Shown here piece after piece: positions 52,505-64,000 of a stretch of DNA of 64,000 nucleotides. Source of the DNA: Octopus sinensis (Eukaryota); NCBI RefSeq assembly GCF_006345805.1, contig NC_043004.1, positions 32,054,001-32,118,000 of the forward strand. Direction: 5' to 3'. Within the stretch, counting starts at the first letter, position 1. Each line of letters starts with the position of its first letter. The notes beneath the pieces are model-generated. The model made no database searches. It was given only the letters and a program-made list of their open reading frames with translations, and was not told the origin of the DNA. Made by a program: the position numbers and the translations under genes.

Positions 52505-53486
52505 AGAAATAATTCTATGATATCTATGAGAGATTGGGAAATTTTTTTCTAGAATTACTTTGAATTTGCTCTGTATATCCGATTGAATCGCACAGTTGAA
52601 AGGAATATTCAGCCATATTATATCTTTCTTATTAAATTTCCTTGAATTAGAATCAGGGTTCGTAGAATTATTACTATTCATCTCATCAAAGTCATTGTAC
52701 TTATTACCATTATTTGTGTGCATCTTTGATTTATCTAATTCGATTTTATCCGAGTTACCTATGCTTTGGTCTTTTCTTCTATTTGAATTATTGGGCTTGT
52801 ACGCTAGATTTGCGGTTACCGTGAATCTACTTCTACTTCTATTTCGGGCCCGGTCTATATTGCTGCTTACGTGATTACTGATAACTTCTTTATTAGGAAT
52901 ATGCAAGTTCCCCTTATCAATGAATGTAATCTTTTGGTTGTATCCTGCCTTAGTTAACGCCGCATTATAATGCTCAGAATGAGAGTTAAATATATCCTTA
53001 TTTAACTCTCATTCTGAGCATTATAATGCGGCGTTAACTAAGGCAGGATACAACCAAAAGATTACATTCATTGATAAGGGGAACTTACATATTCCTAATA
53101 AAGAAGTTATCAGTAATCACGTAAGCAGCAATATAGACCAGGCCCGAAATAGAAGTAGAAGTAGATTCACGGTAACCGCAAATCTAGCGTACAAGCCCAA
53201 TAATTCAAATAGAAGAAAAGACCAAAGCATAGGTAACTCGGATAAAATCGAATTAGATAAATCAAAGATGCACACAAATAATGGTAATAAGTACAATGAC
53301 TTTGATGAGATGAATAGTAATAATTCTACGAACCCTGATTCTAATTCAAGGAAATTTAATAAGAAAGATATAATATGGCTGAATATTCCTTTCAACTGTG
53401 CGATTCAATCGGATATACAGAGCAAATTCAAAGTAATTCTAGAAAAAAATTTCCCAATCTCTCATAGATATCATAGAATTATTTCT
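52505..53486. repeat. 488-bp near-perfect palindrome with a 6-nt loop
   Basis: 52505-52992 is the reverse complement of 52999-53486, with at least two substitutions. Confidence 0.97.
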
Positions 53487-55834
53487 AAGAAAACAGTTAG
53501 GATTTCTTATTCAACCCTCCCAAATATGTCCACTTTAATAGCTAAGATTAATAATAACATTAAGCTAGCCAGGAAAGATAAAAATAAAAATAATAATACC
53601 ATCATGAATACCAATAACAATTATAATAATACTACCAACAATAAACGCAACAATAGTAACTATCAAAACATGGATGGAATCAGTAACCACAGAATGACTA
53701 ATAATAATATTAACATTAATAGGAGTAATAATAATATCGATATTAATAGAAGTAATAATGTTAATAATAGAAGTAAGGCTAATAGAGAAAATACCGAGAA
53801 TGAAAATATCAGTGATATCTATAACAACAATATACAGTCAGATAAAAATACTAGCAATAATAGTAACATTACCAATAATGTAAATAATCATGGTAGGACT
53901 TTAGACCTAAAAGATGGAGCAGAAGGATCAATAAATAATAACAATGCTTTAGATAGCAGCACCAACTATAAAAATAATAATAATAATAAAGATAATTATA
54001 CTCATGATAATCAAAATAACAGGAACATAAGACATCTACCCATGAATAATCCAACATCTGAAGTTGTTCCTCCTGCGTGTAAGTGTAGAATTAAGTCAAA
54101 ATGCCCGGCACCTGGTCTATGCGGGGAAAATAACGTAATCTATAAATGTACCATATCTACTGAGAATAACAAATTTTTTTTACATTGGTTGTACGATAAA
54201 TTTTAGAGACAGAGTTAGAAATCACGTCTCATCTTTTAAATTACGTCACAAAGCTGATACCACCACACTTTCAAGTAAGATCTGGGAACTCAAAAATAAT
54301 AACAGGAATTATAACCTTAATTGGGAAATAGTTAGGAGAGCAATGCCGTATAAAAATAACAGGGTTGGTTGCCAACTCTGCTCCATGGAGACCTATGAAA
54401 TTCTAAGGTATAGAAAAAATAGAGGTTTGTTAAATAACCATATTGAAGTAGGTCAAGTTTGTGTCCACGCTAAATTGAGACTCTAAAATATTTTAAATGA
54501 ATAACTGTATAGAATAATCGTAACAAGATAGATAGATAGATAGATATAGCTTGGTTTTTACTAGTATAGCATTACTTTAATTTTTAAGTAGATAACTGCG
54601 AGTTCTCACACTATAGTTATCTTTTTCTTTATAACTGCACCTGATTTTGAGCACAAGGAAATAAATAGTACTTGTACGTTGCTTAAATGAAGTTTTATTT
54701 AATTTTAAATCTTAATTTTGAATTTTGAATTTTGAATTTAATCTAATTTAGGTAACACAACTTTAATAAAATAAGTTACTTAGGCTTCATAATTCTATTA
54801 CAAAATTAAATAAGTAAGGCTACTCCCTTGAAAAGTAGTATGAGAAATTTCAAAATAATAGACAATTCCATCACACCTTGTAAACTAATCTTCTAAGTTT
54901 TGACCTGTAGTCTGTCAATGTATAGATAGTAACGGCAACAATTTAAGACAGTAACAGGAATAAATAAATAAATGAATTTAAATGACCTCTTGTTAGGATT
55001 GCACTTAGATTTTTCTCTTAATGTATTTCCTTTTGATGATAGCCTTTGACCCCTCTACCCCTGACCTTGTTATCTCTTTAGATTCTCTTTAGATTCATAT
55101 CTGCTTTCAACTACGTCAGGTTGGCAATAAATAGCTGTTTTACTGGTCAAAAATAATATTCTCCTTATAGTTCCTGGATTCTTGCAAATTCAAGCCAGCC
55201 AGGCCGTCTACAAATTCTTCTGTGTAGTAGGTCACTTTAGAACCCCTTTCCCTCTAAGTTGTCACAGTATACTCTATGTGGGCGTTTTTTCTTTTCTCCC
55301 TTCTTTCCCTTTTTTTCTTTCCCCTTTTTTCTTTTTCTTTTTCTTCTTTCTTTTTTCTTTTTTCTTTTTTTTTTTCTTTTTTCTTTTTTCTTTTTTTTTC
55401 CTTTTCTTTTTTCCTTTTCCTTGTCTCTTTTCTTCTCTTTCCTTTCTTTTCTTTTCTTTGCTCCACAAAAATTCCTTCAGCCTTTAGAAGTCATAACTTA
55501 GCAGTCTTGTGAAGAGAACAGTAATGTGACAAATACCTTATCATATAGCATGAAATGATACCCACCTCATTGTGGATTAACCATGGATAAATTCATCGTC
55601 TGTGAGTATGAAATTCCTCCTCATATCTCTGGAAATTTACATCTACACTACGGATTAATTCACCTTCTCTGTGAAGCTAATAAGCTTTTTTTAAAAACCT
55701 GTGATAAGACTGTGCATCATCATTAAGGAACTTCGGAAATCTGTTTACAACCTAAATCTGCTTTTAATGAAATTATCTCCAATACTTCATGAGTATAGCC
55801 TCACCCACTAAGATGTTTGGAGAACTCATATGTA

Positions 55835-55925
55835 TTTTAGCTGATGAGTACGGGACACTTTTATCTGCTGCAATTTTTGCAACTTTTAATAAAGCCTGTC
55901 TTTGTATGAAACAATTGTACTAAAA
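55835..55925 (+). ncRNA. Type I hammerhead ribozyme of the Penelope-like element
   Basis: UUUUAG-CUGAUGA-GUAC...GUAU-GAAA-CAAUUG-UA-CUAAAA; palindromic stem III ACAAUUGU; predicted cleavage after GUA at 55919. Confidence 0.85.
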
Positions 55926-55953
55926 ACTAATCCATTCTTGTTGCTTCTTTCTC

Positions 55954-55954
<1 letters not shown>

Positions 55955-55997
<43 letters not shown>

Positions 55998-56187
55998 CAA
56001 ACTGCATAAGCGCACATTTATATACTCTGACAGGAGAGATAGATAGATAGATAGTAGATAGATAGATAGATAGATAGTATATAGATAGATAGATAATAGA
56101 TAGATAGATAGATAGATATAGATAGATAGATAGATATGTAGGTAGACAGACAGACAGATAGATAGATATATATATAGATATATATAT

Positions 56188-56263
<76 letters not shown>
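55955..56263. repeat. (TA)n and (GATA)n microsatellites
   Basis: Direct inspection. Confidence 0.95.
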
Positions 56264-56265
<2 letters not shown>

Positions 56266-56542
56266 TTTCTGTGGAAGGAGGAAGGTAATAATTGCAGAAC
56301 TGTCTGGAAGTTTCAGAAGGAACTGTCTGAAAATCTCAGTAAGTTTTTTTTCTCTCGAATATACAGCTGTTCTAATGTTGAACTGGGTCAATAAAAATAT
56401 AAATTGTTTGAGCTATTTAGATTGAACTCTGTCACACTTACCATGGTTGTGACTTTGACAGGTGACACTAATAAAGTGCAGATTCCGAGAACAATGGAGA
56501 GAAGCATGAAGACCAAGGTTTCGATTCTTGGTTACGAACTCA

Positions 56543-56583
<41 letters not shown>

Positions 56584-57035
56584 TTCTCTTTATCACGCAC
56601 GCACAAACACACACACACTTGAATATAATATAAAACAAAACCAGTCGTCTGAAAACCTGATTTCAGATCTAGTACACTCGGTGATCGACCGAAGGTAAAG
56701 TTGTTTACATGTTATTTACATGTGAATAAACTTTATTTTCTCATGAAAATTTGCTGTTGAAAACATTTAAATGTTCAACGTTTAAAGCTGAAAGGCAAAT
56801 GTATGGGAGCTTCATATTTAATATTTAACCTCAACAAATAAACGTGTGAAATTTCAATTATAACTTACATAGAAGTTCCTCATCAGCTTATCAAGGACAT
56901 ACATACATACACACACAGACACATACATACATACACACACACACATACATACATACATACATACATACATACATACATACATACATACATACATACATAC
57001 ATACATACATACGTACATACATACATACATACATA

Positions 57036-57260
57036 GGATCTTTTCTCTTTGACCGGCAGATTTTAAAAATAATTTCTTTGTAACTGAACATTTTAAAACT
57101 TCGTATACTGGTAGTGTGTTACATAAAACATCTTTTTCGCTTGGCTTTCTTGAGAAAATTCTGTAGTTTGTAAGCTATTTGTAGTTTAATTTCTTGCATT
57201 TCAGCAATTTCAACCAATCAATGACGTCTATTGAGGTGAATACAATTTCTGCCGTATTTT
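57036..57260. mobile_element. Partial copy of the Merlin-like MITE
   Basis: GGATCTTTTCTCTTTGACCGGCA terminus; body matches 33167-33380. Confidence 0.8.
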
Positions 57261-57666
57261 AGAGGAAAATGATTTGGAAAACGGTCATAAATACATTTAT
57301 TTTGCGGTTTTAAGAGTGTGTTTATTATAATATGTTTACTTTTATTATTTCAGAATAGCAAAGGCAAGTAAGATATGGTGAGCATATTTATTTATAAAAT
57401 AAATATAATAGAAGTGTATTTCAGCAATAGGATTTCGAAAACCTAAGTGAAAACAGAAATAGTTTATTTATTAAGTCTCTCATTATTATATAGTTTCTTA
57501 TTTTCTTTTAATGAAAATCACCTAATTGAAAGGTTGAATTTTATTTATCGGTGTAATTAAGTGAAAAAGAGAAAGCAGGGGATATAAGCAAATGTATAAA
57601 ACTCAAAATTCAACTTGTTAATTGCTTGGTGCGTTTATGCTTTGTATTGAAACAAAACATGGAAAA

Positions 57667-57900
57667 TCTATTATATAAAATCCGTTCTGTGTGTGTGTGT
57701 GTCTTCTAGGATCTCGGGCATCCTCCATCCGATTGCGCTCAAATTTGATGTGTAGATACCGACGGTATCAGGGCGTGTATAAGTCTTGAAAAAATTACAA
57801 AAATCGATTCCAGGTGAGAATGCGATCGATAAAGTGAATAAAATCGTTTTTCTTTTGAATAGAAAAAAAGTCTATCTTTATTTCTTCTCTTGCTGGTGTC
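57667..57900 (+). mobile_element. Helitron-type 5' end
   Basis: A|TCTATTATATAAAATC, then (GT)n and CCGATTGCGCTCAAATTTG. The 3' end is uncertain (possibly CTAG at about 61843). Confidence 0.55.
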
Positions 57901-60086
57901 TCAAATTTAGATTAAATCAGTGTTTCTCAAAGGGGAGACCTATGGGACGGTCGGACGAGTTGTTTTGAGAAAATTTGGTTTAAATGTTTGACTACTCAAC
58001 ACCATCCATTGGACGGGGCGCGTTTTGCTCGTATGTTATAATGAGAAAAATTAAAAGAATGAAGTATTTGATAGATAAACCATTTGTTTTCACTTATGTC
58101 TTTGATATCATATCCTTACAATACACTTTTATTATAATTTCATAAGTAAATTTGCTTATCATGTGTCGCTTGTCTTTGTTATTTTGTCATAGTAATAAAG
58201 AAAAACAGGAAACATTATAACACTCTCAAATCCCATTGTAAAACAATGAATAAATACTTTAAAGATAATTTTCTTCTTATTTTCCCCTACATAAGCAGTA
58301 TTATAAAATGCGTAAATATGTTTTTCTCTGGTATTGGGAAATATTTCAATGGAAAATATAAAAATCGACCTTAAAGGCATTTATTTACATTTATTAAAAA
58401 AAGAGAGTTTATTTGAGTAACATATTGCAACACATTTACTTCTTTTATTAAGTTACGTCAGAATAACGTTTTTTTAAGCAAACCGAAGCAAACTCTTTTT
58501 ATTATGCTACAACAGTATAAGTTTTTAAAGAGATGACCAGGGGAAAATATTTTTAAATTCACGTACAGGTAGAACAGTTTTTATTTTATGTCACATTATG
58601 TACACAGCTGTATTCAAGTTTTATCTGTTTTTATTTAGATTTCCGTATTTTCTTACACATTTTCTACAGTTTGGAGCAACAAAGTTCCTTTGCTTCTGTG
58701 TTGCTACTATGCACAAGTTGAATTCATGAGGATTTTCTCACTAAAAGTACTTTAAACGTTAGCGCTCACTTGATTTGTTTGGTGTGGTCAAGTCTTTGAC
58801 CATTAAGTTTTTATGTCGGTTGCCACATGTTAATTTTTTTTGTGTGTATTTTTGGCATTACATTGCGATATAAGTATGGATTCTATTTCTGTGAGGAAAT
58901 TCATAGATTATGTAAGCTTTCTCCTCTAGTGTATTCTGACTTTGTTTTGTGGTATGTGATATAATGATTTTGTAATAGCTACTTGTAAATGCATCGTGAA
59001 CTTAGAGAGTGTTGCATTAATATGTCCAGTGTAACAGCTTAGAGTCCCGAAGTTTACGGCGTTCAATGTAACAATCGAATTTATAGATCACACACATTTG
59101 CAGTTTGTTCTCGGTCTCACATGCACGCGGTATTTTTATTGATAAACAGATTTTTGTTTTTGATGTGTAGCAATAACCATTTTAGCCATTTTGAAATATG
59201 GCGCGAATTGGGATTCGATTCTTTTAAGTCAAGTTGAGCAGTTATAAAAACCTTGGATTTGGGGAAAAACTTTAGAGTTTTGTTGGATGTAACTAAACTC
59301 CAGGACACTCACTCCTTTGAGACATTGGTAATTTTCATACCATGTCTAAAGATAATCACAAGTCTATTTTGATTTGTTGATTAATATATTAGTTAGAATT
59401 ACGAATTAGTTAAGTCGTCACCGACTGATTTTTGCTTGGGGTGTTCTTGCTTTTATAACTATCCAGAAGGATAGATATATCATTGAGAACAATAGATTTA
59501 GTTGGTGCTCTTGTTATCTCTATTCTAGTTTTTGGTGAAGCAGAAGAGGTTAGAATATGTAGTCGTTCTTCTACACGACAAAATTGTCTTTCCTTTCTAA
59601 TGTAAATAATATAAAATGTTATATTTATATAATAAAACTAATTAAGAAAATGTTTCTCTTCACGTCTGTTTTTCAACTGAGTATAAATAAATATGCATTT
59701 CTTAATCATTAAATTATATTTTCTTATAGCGGTTAAATGAACACGAATAAAATATTCTACATACATGTCGTTAATATTCATAGCGTTTCATGAATATATT
59801 TCTCTATGGCGTTAAATACTGTAGTTCGGATTTGTGTATAATGATTACACTTAAGTTATAAGTGACGTTTTAATCATTATATTCCCCCTTATTAAAAAAA
59901 AAAGCCAAATAAAATAACCTAAGAGAAAGCTTAAGGTAGCATAATAAACCGCTAAAGATGTTTTGCGATATATAATTAGTTTAAGTTTATGGTCCGGTGT
60001 GATGCATTTTGTCTGCCGTTTTACGAAGGTTTTGATCATAAATGTGTGCGTGTTTGTGTGTGTGTGTGTGTGCGCGTGTGCGTGCG

Positions 60087-60130
<44 letters not shown>

Positions 60131-60329
60131 AAATTCAGTGTCCGTCTGATGCTCCAAACCCATTTTTAGAAGTGTTCATTCTTGATATCTTATTTTTGTT
60201 TACCTGTCTTTTGTATATATCTGAATGTTAAGCTATTGATGTTGCACAATTTACCTCGTTGCTTTAATAACAAATAGTGGTATACCCTCAAAAGAATCAT
60301 AAAGTTTGAGTCCATTAGATATAGTAAAG

Positions 60330-61436
60330 AGTTAGTGGCTAAGAAAAATAGAGTAGAAAGGGCTTTAGTTAAGGCTCTAGATGAGACACTGGAATCTGGC
60401 TCTGCGTCCCGATTTTAGCTGCGAGATTGGCTCTTAACCAACACCTCGAGGCTAAACACGAAGGATGCGTAGTCAGGGCAAAGCAACGTGCAATGGGTCG
60501 AGAGGGAATCAAAGCCGCTGGATGGGCCCGTGTGATAGAGACCCAACGTGGCAATAAGGTCTATGACGAATCAACAAGGGAACTTCGTAAACGAGCATTC
60601 AAGAGCATTTCGCCCAGCTATTCGGGAAGGGTGGTGGGCCGGATTGTAAGAGGGACCTCATGGATTTCCTAGCCAGTCTGCCGCGCCTCTCGGATCGGGA
60701 AGCGGAATGCTGTGAAGGGCCGACCACAGCTGCGGAGGTGGAGAAGGCTTTGTCGGACTACGGCGGCGACAAGTCGTCGGGGCTAGATGGTCTTCATTAC
60801 GAGCTATATTATAGTATGCCAGACTTGTTTGGGCACCTAGTGGCATGCGTCTTCGCCAACTGGCAGCAGAATAGGTTTATTCTCAGATCTGTGAGCCGGG
60901 GGTGGTGACGCTGCTTAGAAAGGACCCAAACAAGGGGTATATTATAGCTCATCACTCTGCTTAACGCAAAGTTGAGGATTTTGGCCAAGGTATCAGCAAA
61001 AAGATTGGCGCGTGTCGTGGATGGACTCGTTGGGGAGGCACAAACATGTGCCGTCCCCGGCAGATCCTTACAGGACAATCTCCACCTTATACGCTATACC
61101 TTAGAGAAGGTTAATAGGATTCCTGACAAGGGTGGGCTTTGGTCCATTTAGACCAATCTAAAGCTTTTGACAGGGTGGCGGTCGGATTTTGCCCAGCCTT
61201 CCGCGGGTGGGTAATTTCTTTATATAGCAACATCGATTCGATCGTTCGGATGAATGGTTCCGATAAGAAACCGTTCATCATCAATCTCCCGGTACGTCAA
61301 GGATGTCCCCTCCCCCCACTTCAGTATGTGTTGTCCCTGGAACCTTTACTGCAGAAGTTGGAGGGTATGAGGAACGTCCTGTGTGATCTAGGTTGTGGAA
61401 GGTCGGCTACGGCGTATACGGACGACATCACTGTAG
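60330..61436 (+). mobile_element. L1/Tx1-type LINE ORF2 (RT) remnant
   Basis: KSSGLDGLHYELY, ITLLNAKLRILAKV..KRL, QTCAVPGRS, LDQSKAFDRV, VRQGCPL, AYTDDIT. Confidence 0.93.
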
Positions 61437-62022
61437 TGGATCATGCAAACATGAAGTGGATTCGATCCACCAAAGCCAAATTTAAATTAACACTGCAACA
61501 GAACTTTTCTCATCGTGGAACAATGGTTTTTCTCTGACAGTAGTTTTACATTTTCTAGATGCCTTTAGCCAGGCCGAAATAATGTCTTCACCACTTGATT
61601 CTTTCTAACCTCTTCTGCTTCACCAAAAACAAGAATAGAGATAACAAGACCACCAACTACATCTATTGTTCTCAATGATATATATATCCTTCTGGATAGT
61701 TATAAAAGCAAGAACACCTCAAGCAAAAATCAGTCGGTGATGACTCAACCTGGTAGTCACTTAGCGACAACGGAGCGAGGCGGCTTGTGATGACTCGTGA
61801 TGACTAACACTTCGGTGACTACGAAGTCTGGCTGACCAGCTAGAACCTTGGTCAGAAGGAGAAATGAAGTTTACTGTCAGCAACTGTGAGACAACGTCCC
61901 ACACCATACCAGTGGCTCATTGCTAAGGGGGTGCAAACCCAGGTCCTAATTTTTTAAATGAAAAATGTGGATTTTTCCAATGTTAACATTAAAACAAATG
62001 CAGGTATAATAATTTTTATTAT

Positions 62023-62500
62023 TATGAGGGTCGGCTGAAATGTTCATAATCTGAGCAAGACACTCTCAATGGAATGTGACCAAATGAAGTTCATTTTCTA
62101 ACATAGTTCCTCTTACTGTCCACACACTTCCATTAGTAGTTGCAGTGCTTGGGTCGCACTGGTGAAAAAGCTTTTCTGTTGATCAAAATGGTTATCAACA
62201 ACAGATAAGATGTTCTCATCATAGTGATACTGGCGCTCAGCTGAGTGTTTTTCTATGTTGGGAAACAGATGATAACCAGAAGGAACCAAATCACTAACAT
62301 AGGGAGCATGATCAACCAGTTCAAAGCCAGTCACATACAGCAGCCATTGAAACCAAGGACTTGTGTGCTGAAGCATTGTCCTAATGAAACAAGACCCCAT
62401 TCATAAGTTTTTCTGGGTGTTTGGTCTTGATAGCCTTTCATAACTACCTTAGGAAGTTGGTATTGAAATTTTCCATTGATGGTGTGATCATTTTGAAGAT
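62023..62500 (-). mobile_element. mariner (DD34D-type) transposase 3' remnant
   Basis: LFH*DNASAH...HAPYVSDLVPSGYHLFP; TATGAGGG terminal repeat at 62023. Confidence 0.88.
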
Positions 62501-63229
62501 AGACAATAAACACAATATTTTTTGCATTAATGCATAGTATATATAATAATGTGAAGTATATTTTGCATATTAAAATGTTTAATTTTGGAAATGTACCAAG
62601 CAGAGCTAACACAAGCAGTAAAAATACAAATTGCATATATTTCAAAATATGGGACACTACATGACAAAAACTAACAAAAAAAAGGAAGAAAATAGTGGTG
62701 CTTGTGTTCCAACGGTACAATGAGAAGGCTCAGGAGAAGGATAGAGAGATGGGGTAGAAGGAAGGAAGTTAGAAGGAAAGAAAAGAATGAAAAGTGAAAA
62801 GATTGGGGATCTGAAATAAGTACTAGGCAGGAAATTGGCCCCTGTGCCGGTGGCACGTAAAAACAGCACCCACTACAATCTCAGAGAGGTTGGCGTTAGG
62901 AAGGGCATCCAGCTGTAGAGAATGTGGAGAAATAAGGGAATAAAGATAGACAGTAGGTAGTTGACAGAGATTGACAGGAAGAAATGGAAGGCAGTAAAGA
63001 GAGAAAAGCAGCAGATAGGTAGAGAGGTAGATAGAGGGGAGAGGAGAAGGATAGAGAAATAGATAGAAAAGAGAGACAGTCTTGCAACAAATATTGAACA
63101 CTGCGTAGGGTACCACTGAGTGGGAACAGAAGTGAGTGTGTGACATTACATTTACTAACAGACCTAAAATACTGCACAGAAAGTCAACAAACGCACATAT
63201 ATAATGATAAAGGAAATTTTTGTATACAG

Positions 63230-64000
63230 TGCTCAGGTGCACTACAACTAAAAAGAAAAAAAATGGCCATCAGGTGTACTGTTGGCGGATTTCAGGACAC
63301 ATGGAAGTTTTGAAGGATGTAATATCTTGACAGCTAACAACTGATGCAGGTGGTTTATTCCATGCTTCTACAATTCTGAGTATGAAAAATTGTTTCCGAA
63401 AGTCATGGGTACTGTGTTATTTTTTGATTTTATAAGCATGTCTGGAATTCAAAAAGGTACCCAAGGTTGTTGTTGGAAACATGGTGGATAATCATGTGGG
63501 TGTCAATCAAGTCAGTTGCCAGACGTCTGGGCTTCAATGTATCCATGCCCAGGAATGCAAGACGTTCAGAGTATGGTAGATGTCTGACGGTGGGTATTTG
63601 CTTTGTTGCACATTTCTGAACAGTTTCCAGGAGATTTATATGCTGAGAAAGAGAGAGGTTCCAGACTGGTGATGCAAATTCCAAGTGTGGACATACCATT
63701 TTTGTATACAATTTTAAATAGATAACCGGAGAGTGGCTGACAAATGTCTTACTGAGTGATGCTAGCAACACCTCAGCCTTTTTGACAATCTTAGATATGT
63801 GGTTTGTCCAATGCAGATTGTTGTTTACAATAATACCCAGAACATGTCCACCAGAAGACTTCTTGAGACAGGTGTTGCTGAGAGATTATGTAAAAGCTGG
63901 ATTATTCCTCCCAAAATGCATGGTGACACACTTGTCTACAGATAGCTTGAGTTGCGAATCAGAGGTTCACTGCTGCAGTGTATCCAGATCTGATTGCAGG
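63230..64000 (-). mobile_element. CR1 LINE 3' remnant, runs off the window
   Basis: LQSDLDTL, DKCVTMHFGR, PHLEFASPVW, LETVQKCATK, YSERL..L, RIVEAWNK. Confidence 0.93.

Larger units (their letters stand above)
52199..55954 (+). mobile_element. Penelope-like retroelement lacking RT, bounded by (TA)n, with a 5' inverted duplication
   Basis: ORF remnant 52999-54486: IFN...YNAALTKAGY, IIWLNIPFN, RISYSTLPNM, Asn-rich linker, CKCR..CP..GLC, VIY...YIG GIY-YIG and CQLC. One +1 frameshift in the T8 run at 54174-54181. 3' hammerhead present. The left boundary is inferred. Confidence 0.88.

Overview
AT-rich, repeat-dense animal genomic DNA. The SINE, MITE and microsatellite complement looks like an octopod cephalopod, but this is inference. 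The only host protein-coding gene I can support is a typical 2-Cys peroxiredoxin (PRDX1/2-like) on the minus strand. Four coding exons are present (4789-4916, 2766-2882, 1963-2085, 57-187), the last exon lies left of the window, and a probable TATA/Inr non-coding first exon sits at about 23370-23454. The remainder is transposon material: three tRNA-derived SINE families, hAT, piggyBac, Merlin-like, Helitron, Tc1/mariner and Tigger elements, decayed CR1/Jockey, L1/Tx1, RTE and Gypsy fragments, and a Penelope-like element with a 488-bp fold-back and a 3' hammerhead ribozyme. The most notable signals are (1) minimal type I hammerhead folds whose core 3-8 pair covaries (C3-G8, G3-C8, U3-A8), linked to fold-back or (TA)n-associated Penelope-like repeats, (2) orphan TATA + GC-spacer + Inr promoters, including a divergent paralogous pair, (3) a 2.9-kb cargo-filled hAT element, and (4) a two-template insertion of LINE ORF1 sequence.
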